From Rotaria socialis (taxonomy: Eukaryota): DNA of 64,000 nucleotides. Location of the stretch: contig CAJNYD010000005.1 of assembly GCA_905331295.1 (NCBI GenBank), forward strand, positions 124,001 to 188,000, given 5' to 3'. Positions within the stretch are counted from its first letter, which is position 1. The number at the start of each line of letters is the position of its first letter. Of the stretch, positions 11,111 through 22,305 are shown piece after piece. The translations under genes and the position numbers were made by a program. The notes under the pieces are model-generated. The model was not told the DNA's origin. It saw only the letters and a list, made by a program, of their open reading frames with translations, and searched no databases.

Positions 11111-14100
11111 ATGCTTCCTTCATCGAATAGTCGTCTTAAATATCGTCAAATACCATCAATCATTGGCAATCATGAAGTGTTAGATGAACTAGCAATGAAA
11201 CCAACCAGTAGTAGAACATCAAGTCAGTCGCCTAGGACCTCAAATGATAAATGGAATGATGACTATCGAAAATTACAAAGATTAACTGCTGACCAATCAT
11301 TAATTCCATCTCAAATTAGAACATCAAGCCAATCACCTACAACACGCCATGAAAAAGGTAACGATGACCATCGAGTTTTACGAAAATCAATTGTTGATCA
11401 ACAACTAAATGCTTCTCAATCACGATCACGATCACGATCACGATCATCAAGTATTAATTCATTGAGATCAATTGTTATCGAAGGACAATGGAAATATCAA
11501 CGGCATGATGATGATCGCCTTCGTCTTAAATCAATTGGTATTGAAAATTTAGTTGCTATATGTTATGAGATTATGAATGTAACATTGGAAACTACTCATC
11601 GAAAACAAAAAAAAACAAAAAAATTATCATCGACAAATTTTCCTTGGCCAATAGTAGAACTTGATGAATACAAAACATTAAGCAACAATGACAAGATATC
11701 GCTACGCCGTGCAGGTCTTCTTAATCTTGTAACAATTGTGTACGAGGCTGCTTGGACAAGTGCATCGATATCTCAACTTGTTCGCATTTGGCGTGAAGCT
11801 TCTCGCAGTTCAAAATCAACTAAGACTAAAATTCAACCATTAATGTCTTATGAACACGCTTTCGAACATTTAATTCATCAACCTGATGATAAATTGCTGG
11901 AAATAGCACTTCATGCTTCTTTAATAAGCAGTCATAGTCTATCCGATTTAAAACGATTAGGCGAACAATTAGGTATTAGAACACATCAATTTGATATGGG
12001 CTCAATTCAAGATTCAACAAAACAATTTCAAAATCTGATTAAGTTTTTGCGAGAGCAGAAGTTAGAAGAAAGACGCAAACAGCAATTTATTGATAAAAAT
12101 ATATTACCATATGAACCAAAAAGAAAACAAGGCCTTTATGCAAATGTTTTGGGTACAAAATTCGATTTAAGTAAGTCGATTTTTCTTTATTTTATCTAGA
12201 GAAATGTCGATATCTGTCTGCCTTCCATCAAGTTCAACTCAAACTACTATCATATAAACAATTTGATGTTGACTTATGAATGCTTGAGCTTGGAGAAACC
12301 CGTGAAATAAAATATTGTATAAGCTCAATAGACTCGACGGTGAATATATCAGTCAGTAGAATGTTTATAAAGATGAACTCAGAGACTGAATTATAGTTTA
12401 GTTCACGGCCACATCACTCTAGCTATAGGAACAAAGTAATTATATAGAAAATATAAAATACTATATGAAGTTAAGTGAACCCTCATTTATTATGTGTACT
12501 AAGAAATGTATCTGCATTGATTGAGTTGTGCTCGGAACATATTTATCATATTGACAAAAGAGAAGCTGATTGACCCGCTAAATCATCAATACACAACAAA
12601 TCTGTTCATTTAGAGTCAAATCTATGCATTTAAAAGATACCTAATTAGTTAACGTAGATGTGTTAACTCTTCTTCTTTGTAAAATTCAATTCACTTTTCA
12701 AGCAACAGCTTTTTTTTATATCAAAATGTGCTCAAATTTTAATGCGTAAATTTTTAGTTCGTCAAGCTGTTCACACATCCGGTTTTTTCGAAAGCCCAGC
12801 GCCTGACTTTACATGCAATCTTTTGTGGAATGATTCATTGATTTCTATCGATATTGTATCTGCACTTAAGCCTTATCAGAAAGTAAATCATTTTCCAACA
12901 ACAATTGAAATATCACATAAAGATCTGTTGCAAGCAAATTATGATAAGTATATATTGTTTATTTGATTGTTCGTCATTAAATATCAATAATTTTTATAAT
13001 ATTCAGACTATCAAACGTTGTTCCAAGAGAATATAATTTCGCTCCGAAAACTTGGATATTATCAAAGGAGTATAATTTGTGGTATTCGTATGCATCTAGT
13101 CAACCGAAAAATAATCCATCTGTTTTTATTGTTAAACCTTCTCATGCAAATATGGAAGAAGGGTAAAACTTCTTCAAATGTGTATACTTATTTCTATTAA
13201 AATATTTTTTATTATGTAGAATTTCAATTTATTGTGATTATAAACAGATTGAACCCATGGATAATTACATCATTCAAGAATACATACGAGAACCTTATTT
13301 AATAGAAGGTTTCAAATTCGGTATATATTTTTATATTAACTTACATGCGTTTCGAATATTTTTCTTATTGTTAAGATCTTCAAATCTATGTTCTAATAAC
13401 TTCATGCGATCCTCTACGTGTTTTTTTATATAATGATGGCCTTGTTCGAATGAGTCCAAAAAAATATAAGATACCTAATTCAAAAAATGCAGTATGCTTT
13501 ATTTCTTTTATTGATTAGTTTTGAATAGAAGTCAAAATGTTTATTTAGGCTGATCTTTCTATGCATTTAACACATTATTTAATAAATAAAAACGATACAG
13601 ATAATTCTTTCAACACAGATATTGGAAAAAGTCATCGACTAAAATATTTATTTCAATATTTAAGAAATCAAAATCAAGATGTAAATAAATTACAGAAAGA
13701 AATACAAGTAAGAACAATTAAATGCATAATAAATAGAAAGAAATTTTCATTTTATTTTAAGGACATTGTAATAAAAACTATATTTCTTGCTGAACCAAAT
13801 ATATTAACTACTTATCGAACGTGTCGTCCAGGAGCGTTGTCAACAAGTGAAAGTGTTTGCTTTGAACTACTCAGCTTTGATATACTAATTGATAAAAAAT
13901 TAAAGCCTTGGATTATTGAAGTTTGTTTTAAAACGTTGTTAATCTATATGTTATTTTTTGTTCAACAATTGAAATAGGTTAATCGTTGTCCAAGTTTTGA
14001 TGCTAACAGACAAATTGAATTTGATATTAAAATTAAATTATTATTTGATACATTAGATTTACTTCATTTTCGAGTATCCGATCGAAAGAAGAGTATTGCA

Positions 14101-17035
14101 ATTGAAAAACTTGAAGCGCAACGTCGATTGTACGCAAATATTGGAAAATATATAAATAATCAAACTGATGAATTAAGTAAAATGGTAAAAGAAAAAAGAT
14201 TCATTTGAAATTATTTTCAATCTGTTTTCCTCTATGTAGAAAGAAATTTTGCATCTTCTCCGGCAAGAAAAACAACGAGAAGATTTTGAAAGTCGTCATT
14301 CAAATGATTTCATTCGCTTATTTCCAGTGAATGATCAACATCGAATGAATGAATTAATGAATATTTTGGCAAAATGCTTTCAAGTTTTATGTAAACATAG
14401 AGATGATTTATCATGGACTACGAAATATTACAATCAATATAACGAAGAAGAACTATTATATAAGATAGTTCAATTGCAAAATATTTATCAAAGAGATCTT
14501 CAAGATAGATCAAAATTAACTCATGTAATGATTGATTTGCAAAATTGAACAGTATATATGAAGGGCATGTAAAAAATAGTCATGTGAGAGTCACTAAATC
14601 AGTTCAGAGCTTAGTAGTAATAATTCGACCAACTTGTAAAATATTTCTCGTTTTCTCAGTGTTTTATAACTAGATCCGTATGCAAATGACATATGAATGA
14701 TTCATCTTATCATATTGATAGTTGAAAAGTAAAAATTCTGGAACGGCAACAAAACTTACGCTAGTTGAACAAAAACTATCTGAAGAGTGTAGTCTCAAGA
14801 GTATTAATCGTTATTAAATCGGATAATAGCGGCTTCATCGAGTAGTAATTCTGTCTTGCACTATGAAATTTGTTTTTCTTTAAGTCTTTGAGAAGAGCTT
14901 ATTGATTTTCATCAATAAAACAGTGTTGTAGTTATCTATGAATCCATATCTGTCGAACTAAAAATCGAATATCATGATACGATTATATGTCTTCTTCTGA
15001 TGGAATACTATTTAAATTACGGAACAAAAGTATTTGAAGAGGTTATCGAAATTTTCATCAATAAACTTAATTGGATAGTTTTGCCAGAAGTATTTTGTAT
15101 AGCGTTTTATGTTAGCCAATTACGTAGGAACGAAAATGTCTTATAACTGGATATCTGATTCTTTATGTTTTCATGTTTCAACATGAAAGATGATGAATAT
15201 TATTTTATAATATCATTTCGAAGACGTTTTCTGTACTTGTAAAATAAATAAATTTATCTATTTAGACATCTAATGAAAGTGTTGAATTAAACCATCTATC
15301 ATCTTCGACTAGTTTTATTTTTGAGGAAAATGAAAACGAAAAACAATTTAAATTAGACTCATCATATTCTGATCGGATTCAAAGATATCCATCGTCAACA
15401 AGTGATACACTGATGAAAATAGTATCAACACAGACGCCATCGGATATTGTTCGATCAAGCTCGTTATCATCATTAAATAAGAAGAAACAGCAATCCAACT
15501 CACTTATTTCAACAGGCAACATAAGTCGATCACGAGCAGAATCAGATGAAATTCCACCGGGTGTATCGGCTAATCGAATAACAGAAAAAGAAGCTTATTC
15601 CACACTGCCAGCACCATCAAAATATGCTGATCAACAACGACTACACTCATCGAAAACTAAAAACTCAAATGATAAATCTCAAATAGTTACATACTCATCT
15701 ATTGTACGCGCAATGCGACAACAACAACAACAGCAACAATCATCATCAAACAATCAATCAGCAGTAATTGACATGAAAAAAGTATTTCAAAACTACAAAT
15801 TTACTTAACGTTAATTTGACTAATCTTTATTTTTATTCTGTTAGAAATTGCAATTAAATGATGACGATATAAATCGTTTGTATCAATTAATACTTGACCA
15901 AATGAATAAATTATGTATTCATTATCCAAATAAATCATATAAAGAAACAAATCATATTTTTATTGAGGTTTGTTTTATTTCAAATTCGAAATGTTTATTA
16001 ATTCATTATTTTTATATAAAACTAGATAATGAAAAATTGGAATGAATATAAATCTGACATTGGCAGATTTTGGTTAGCTGAATTCGATGCAAATAAACGC
16101 CAATCAATCATAGATATTGTTTGGAATAATGTACAACAAATCATTAAGAAGCTTTGTATTTTTGATGAACTTGCTCAGCAATTATCATTAAATCGTCATT
16201 TAATGAAATTGCAACGACGTTTACTAGCCAATCATGGGCAGTGTTTGTGGGATACATGTCAAAACAAGCATAAGTAATTAAACTATAGGTTCACATATTT
16301 CTAGAATAGACGATTGAAAAGTACAAAGAGAGTTGATGCTCTAGAAGTCCAATACGAAAAAAACACGATACAGATAATGTCTGTAGAAGTAGTGATTGTT
16401 GTAAATGAGAAATTGAAAGTGAATATAAGATTCACACATGTGATTTGACTCAAAAACAAACTATAGTAAGTAGACCATTAAATGTGAAGTACCCTATACT
16501 GACAATCAAAAGAGGTCAGTTAGATACTGAATCAGTTGGTGATATTATTCTCATCGTCATTCTATTGCGCTCGTTATCGGATAGTTATTCGCTGACTGGC
16601 AATCTACCATCGCTCTACTGAAGACACTTATGAGCACGTCATTTAGATATTTTAACTGAAATTGATTCTAGTCCACATAAAATTGCAGCAGAAGTCTTTT
16701 TCATAAATATACGGATGCTGCACTTGGTTAAATATAATGATTAGAAATTTATTGATTTCTCAAGATACTCGATATATTTTATGTACTTACCTGTTTAAAG
16801 CTGAAATTTTTTTGAGTTTAAGTCTCCACATATTCATTCTTCCAGTTTCTATTTCTTTTTTTTTGTAAATAGTTCATGGGAATCATTATTTGTGAAAAGT
16901 ACAAATCATTTATCCGAGATCGAATTAGATTGTTGTTATCGTTTTGTTGATTTGTGTAAAGAAACTTTATTTATTGTTTATCGATATTCAACTGATGAAA
17001 AAATCTACGAACAAAAAGTATTTGGTCAATCATGA
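11111..17035 (+). CDS. TTLL7: TTLL7-like tubulin polyglutamylase homologue with degenerate catalytic motifs, about 13 exons
   Basis: [55 protein letters not shown]...[39 protein letters not shown], and a TTLL7-type tail SWESLFVKS...ELDCCYRFVDLCKE. The frame is open across the exons I checked. Confidence 0.85.
11420..11446 (+). repeat. (TCACGA)n coding microsatellite encoding an SR dipeptide run
   Basis: tcacgatcacgatcacgatcacgatca encodes SRSRSRSRS. Confidence 0.8.
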
Positions 17036-18379
17036 ACAGTAACGATAGTATTTTAAAGTATACATTTTTCTGTATGATTCGCATAGTTTCTCTGTTTTTT
17101 CATATATTTTATGAAAATAAATGAAGTTCTTTAGTTTAATCTCGTTTTAGCTGTTAAACAGGATAGCTGACGAGACATATTTTATTTGACCTGAATCAAC
17201 GGTATTCCAATCATAACAATGTAAAAGATGCAGAGAATACAACAAACAAAATGTTTCAAAATACTGAGAGATTCAGTTTCGTCAACTATATGAAATATTT
17301 TATATCTTAGAATGACTGATATCTTCGTTATATACAATGATTCTCGAATGAAGAATCTCCATAAATATGTCATGTCTCAGTAAAGTTTTGTAAATTACTT
17401 TTTTTTACCTTTTGCCTGATAATTCATAACGCAATAATAATTTCAATTATGATACAGTTTTTAATTCGATTCTTATATTATATTAAACGAGGCACTTGTT
17501 TTGAAAAAAGGAAATGTTTATGTTATATTTGACCTTCACACTAGAGTAATTAATCCAATATGTGTAAGCATATTAGTAGTGTGGGGCTTTAAGTATCGAC
17601 CTTCATAGTATTTTGTTTTGTCTATTGATAAACAACATATTATTATAGATTCGCATATGACATATCAAGGATTGTTAAAAACGTATGAATGTGGGAGTAA
17701 ATGAATGCTATCTATTGTTCGTATTCATGTGCAATAATTAATATACCTACGAATATAGAGGACATATATATAATTTCACAAATTTGTCATTGGCAAATAT
17801 CTTTAATATAACATCGTTGGAATCAATCATTTAGTTTATTTATTAGATTATTCAAAAAAGATTAAGACATCAATTTTTCACCATTGAATCAACTAAGAAT
17901 TGTAAAATCAAGCTTAAATATTTGACGTTGAAATCATCGATTGTCTTTCAACTTTTTATTACTCAGATTAAATATCTTGTCTGTTACATAAAAGTTATCA
18001 AACCAATAAAACTTGCGTAAATAATGAGAAATTCAGGCTTTTTTTTACAAAAAACATCGACAGTTTGAAGGTAATCTTATATTCGTTTATATTATTATCT
18101 ACTTATACTTAGAGTCTCGTGTTAATATTCAAAATGAAAGGAACTATTTCAAGCGTATCGTTCTTGATTTTGTCCATACGCACTGTCATTGAAGCGAAAA
18201 ATACAAAAGAGCGATGATAAGCAGATATACACATAACTATGCATCTATTCATTGTTCCGTTTGACCAATTTTCACCTTGATCTTTTTCTATTGATAATAT
18301 AAAGACATTAACACCTTATTAAGTATTACATAAAAATACATTCTTTTTAGCATATTCATACAATTTGTATTTACTTACA

Positions 18380-18745
18380 ATGGTTGATTATTATCAGTCT
18401 GATCCATTTGTGATGTCAAGTGCATGTCCATATTCATGTGCACTCGTTAAATTTGCCTTACGGTTAGGTGGAACAATTGATCCAGACTTTCTAATTCAAT
18501 GTCAAATAATGGATCCAAAATTTCAAGCATCTGTTGACGCATTAAAATCAATACCATTAAAATTTGAAACACCATCAACATATTTCAATAATCAAGAGGA
18601 TATGTTTTTCGATATGGGTGCACCTAATGCGAACGATTTTTATGATTCATGGCAGTTTAACGAATATAATTCATGGTTAGGAAGTTCTGATCAATGGGAT
18701 TCAACTTATGCTGTTAATAACGATCTTGTTATTGATCTAATATGA
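18380..18745 (+). CDS. Hypothetical 121-aa protein, no recognised family
   Basis: Intronless ORF with coding-like composition. It has an upstream pyrimidine-TAG acceptor (18350) and a downstream AATAAA (about 18832). Confidence 0.65.
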   Translation: MVDYYQSDPFVMSSACPYSCALVKFALRLGGTIDPDFLIQCQIMDPKFQASVDALKSIPLKFETPSTYFNNQEDMFFDMGAPNANDFYDSWQFNEYNSWLGSSDQWDSTYAVNNDLVIDLI

Positions 18746-19701
18746 ATAGACAGAGAGAAGACAATATCAATGCCTTTTTCGTTTCAACTCCACTGATAAC
18801 ATAACTTTTATCATTATATATCGAAGTGTAGAATAAATGCTTTGAAAAACAAATAATTGTTTTTTCTTTTCTTATGCGATACCACACTATTGTAATTGGT
18901 TTCATTCATGGGAAGTTTTTAACTATCTCATACAACAAAGTCAGATCGGAAGGACATAATTTCACTGGAAATTTGAGACCTAGTCACAATGATATGCACT
19001 AGAAGGCTTCTAGTTCTATCGTGAAACATTCTTATTCAAGTGTGCTGATGTTTGTTCACTCGCTTACTTCTCTACGAAAAGCAGTAATAGTAGTAGCTAC
19101 GAAAAGTAACTTCAACAGCCTGTAGCGACCATAAACTATCGATAATTCTACTATTTTATCTGGTCAATTGTAGAAACGGTGAAAAAAATGTTTAGAATAC
19201 ATCTAATCAATTCTAATTAAATGTTATCTTTTATATGATTTTCAACTTTTTGTCTGCACTTTATTTTCCTATTTAACATTAGCCGACTATTGAAGAAATC
19301 CATTGTTTACATAACGACAACTGTGATAGAAAAGAACAATTGTTATTATTTTTGTTGTATTTTATCATATATCAAGTTTCTTGGTTTGTATGATACTCAT
19401 AAGTTTAGTACATAATATCCTATAATTGTGTTCATCGCTCATGCAAAAAATCAGATACTTGTATGAAAATCAAAATCATACACCATCAAAACATCTTGAT
19501 GCATCCACATATCAATTGCATAAAAAGAGTTCGCTCTGAAATGATTCAAACTAAAAATATGCGCAATATACGATTTTGAATTAAATTCATTTCACAAAAT
19601 TGAATCATTTTTAATGGGTTTTCTCTGCATTTATTTGGATGAAAATATTTGATATTTTTTAGACACTGATGCACAACAACTTACAATCGAAAGAAAAAAA
19701 G

Positions 19702-20745
19702 CTAGCGCAAGTCCTCACTGAGTTTTAAAAACAGTTTATCTTGTGAAATTTGCTCAATTGGTAAAATTAATTCGTTGATTGTTTCACTAATCATTCGTCC
19801 ACTGTCTCGCGATTGAATAGCAAATAGTATTTGATGAAACATCGTCATATAACAATAAAGCTCTAATAAACTCCATTCATCATTTGTTAATGGCATGTTT
19901 CGTGCTTTTTGATATTCGATTAAAAACTTTTTAGCATAATCGATATTAAATTTTGACCCACATGAACACCAAAAACATAATGTCATGGCGATATCGATGA
20001 GAAAAGGACCAAAAGACATATCATCGAAATCAAGTACTGCAGCGATTTTGTTTTGATTAGGACAGAATAGAACGTTTTCATCATGAATATCAACATGTAT
20101 AAAACCTTTTGGAAGATTTTTTTCAAAATTTTCTTCAAATATTATTTTCTCGCGTTCATCTTCAATTAATGGAATTACATGCGTATACTCATCAAGAATC
20201 CGACGAATTCGTTTATATAGATGTGGATCATCGTTTTCGAATTCATAACAACAATTAACAAGTTGATACTTAGTATCAACAATATTAATTGTTCGACGAT
20301 TAAAACGAAACGAGAAATTATTTTTATCTATTGAATGTAGTCGACCAAGGAATCGACTTATTTCTATTGTTTGCCACAATTGACGCAGAGGATTGTCTGG
20401 TGTGTTAATATGCTTAATTCCATCAATGAACGAGAAAATAGCACAATAATGTCCATTATTATTTAAAAAAGTGCCCGGTGGGTCAATCACAGGCACAACT
20501 GGTAGATGATAATGCTTAAAAAGATAAGAAACAAAATCTAATTCAATTTGAATATCTTCTACTGTAATGGATCGTTGTAAACTTGGAAGATATTCGCGAA
20601 GAATATAATATTTTTCATTTGATTTTATATGAAATTTAACTGTTAGATTGGTCCATCCATCAGTTATTCGCTCTAATGATGAAGAAGTAAGTTCTCCTAA
20701 TAAATATTTATCTAATATCGATGCAAGTTCTTCTTCAGTTATCAT
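19702..20745 (-). CDS. Homoserine kinase type II / APH-family phosphotransferase, intronless, bacterial-like
   Basis: EELASILDKYLLGEL...DGWTN...YILR...ELDFVSYL...LPKGFIHVDIHDENVLF...VLDFDD...PFLIDIAMTLCFWC...YQKARNMPLTNDEW. The order and spacing of motifs match ThrB type II. The 347 codons contain no intron. Confidence 0.82.
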   Translation of the reverse strand: MITEEELASILDKYLLGELTSSSLERITDGWTNLTVKFHIKSNEKYYILREYLPSLQRSITVEDIQIELDFVSYLFKHYHLPVVPVIDPPGTFLNNNGHYCAIFSFIDGIKHINTPDNPLRQLWQTIEISRFLGRLHSIDKNNFSFRFNRRTINIVDTKYQLVNCCYEFENDDPHLYKRIRRILDEYTHVIPLIEDEREKIIFEENFEKNLPKGFIHVDIHDENVLFCPNQNKIAAVLDFDDMSFGPFLIDIAMTLCFWCSCGSKFNIDYAKKFLIEYQKARNMPLTNDEWSLLELYCYMTMFHQILFAIQSRDSGRMISETINELILPIEQISQDKLFLKLSEDLR

Positions 20746-21382
20746 ACTCTAAAATTATGGTCATCTGAAGTCAGCTAGAGATAATAGCTAAAGAAATGTG
20801 GTCGCCGTCATATGAAGCGAATTACCCAATAAAATGCGAGTCCATATTTTATCGTGAATTTTTTGTCTGTCATGGAGCGTGCATGACTTATAGAATTCGT
20901 TTCCTATGATTCAATTTTTTTTTACTCTATGATACTCATAAATTTGATTCCGATTTACAAGAGTAATATATATTCTTAAACTTTAGAGTTTGTACTAAAT
21001 AATGAGTATATGACTCGAAATATTCGTACTATAAATGGTGCTAAGCACAATGGACAATTAGAATTTCAATATCAAAACATTCAAAAGCTAGCTGCAGCTG
21101 CCTTAGATGCATGTGAAGAGTTTGGTGAATCATTTTCAATAGATATAGTTTCAATTTTACATCATATTAGTGTTGATCAAATTAGAAAAGATCTCTACGG
21201 AGATTCAATTGATTTGCAGAAACGGTTTGGTACAACATCAAAAGTTAAACTTTAAACTGTAATTAAAAATTGTATGAAAGCAATTGCAGGTGGTATTAGT
21301 CCAGCTTTAGTTAGTGTAGTAAATCACATTCCATTTACACTTATTCGTGCTATTGAAAACAGTCAAGATGAAGATCAAGTTA

Positions 21383-21672
21383 CCCAGGTTGATCAAAACG
21401 GACTCGTTTACGATCTGTTTGTCGACGGTAAACGATGTCAAAACGGCATCTTTACGGCCGTAAATAGGCCGTATTTGCCCGTAATACCTGGCGCAGTAAT
21501 ACGGCATCGTAAACGGGACTGAATTTTCATGGTTTACGGCTGTTTGTGCTCCGTACTCTCATGATAATACGGTCCGTATTACTGCGCCAGATATTACGGC
21601 AAAATTTCGCCCGTAAAATAGTCGTAAAGTGGCCGTCAATGGCCGTGTACGGACCGTACTGTTCGACCTGGG
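21383..21672. mobile_element. Non-autonomous DNA transposon (MITE), CCCAGG termini, 2-bp TSD (TA)
   Basis: ta|CCCAGGTTGATCA...TGTTCGACCTGGG|ta, with internal TACGG/CCGTA repeats and high GC. Removing it with one TA restores the host frame (DEDQV-IAEYFRF). Confidence 0.9.
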
Positions 21673-22009
21673 TATAGCTGAATATTTTCGATTTATTAAA
21701 ACACCAAATAATGATAAACAAAAAAAGAAAATACAAATTCTATTCTTAATATTAGTTCAAGCAATGTAATATAATTTATATTGGTTTAAGAAATTGATCT
21801 TCATTTTTTTCCATAGGTTCATTCAAAAAACAATATTTTTACTTCATCACCACTTTCAAAAATTGAACATAAAATAATTTCAACTCGTTCGAACACGCAT
21901 CAATATGGTATCATACATAGTTTGATTTTCACGATGAATTTGAGTAGAATTTATTATATTTTAGTTGATAATATTGTACCTGTTGATTTAATTGAAGAGA
22001 ATACTGTTT

Positions 22010-22305
22010 CCCAGGTCGAACATTCCGGTCACCGGATCCCGTAGGATACTCCAGGGAATATGCGGGAAAGTCACCATATCCTGCAGGGAAACACGGGAAA
22101 TCGCTGGAACATGGAAGCAGTATTCCGGTCAAAAATACGGCTGGACTTTTCCGGCAAACTCCTGTCAAGTTCCAGTGCTTTCTGGCAGGAATTGATCGGA
22201 AATCACCGGAAAAAATACGAAAAATTTCCAACCGGAATACTGCTTCCACAAAATCAACGAAACTATCCAGAACCGCCGTTTCCAGGCCGGACTATTCGAC
22301 CTGGG
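22010..22305. mobile_element. Non-autonomous DNA transposon (MITE), CCCAGG termini, 2-bp TSD (TT)
   Basis: tt|CCCAGGTCGAAcA...TaTTCGACCTGGG|tt. Internal CCGG/CAGGAA repeats and an internal inverted repeat (tggaagcagtattccggt / accggaatactgcttcca). Confidence 0.88.

Noticed and set aside
14530..15260. SGTATKLTLVEQKL fragment in a TTLL7 intron, reminiscent of a pogo-type transposase N-terminus
   Set aside because: Too short and degenerate, and no termini were found.
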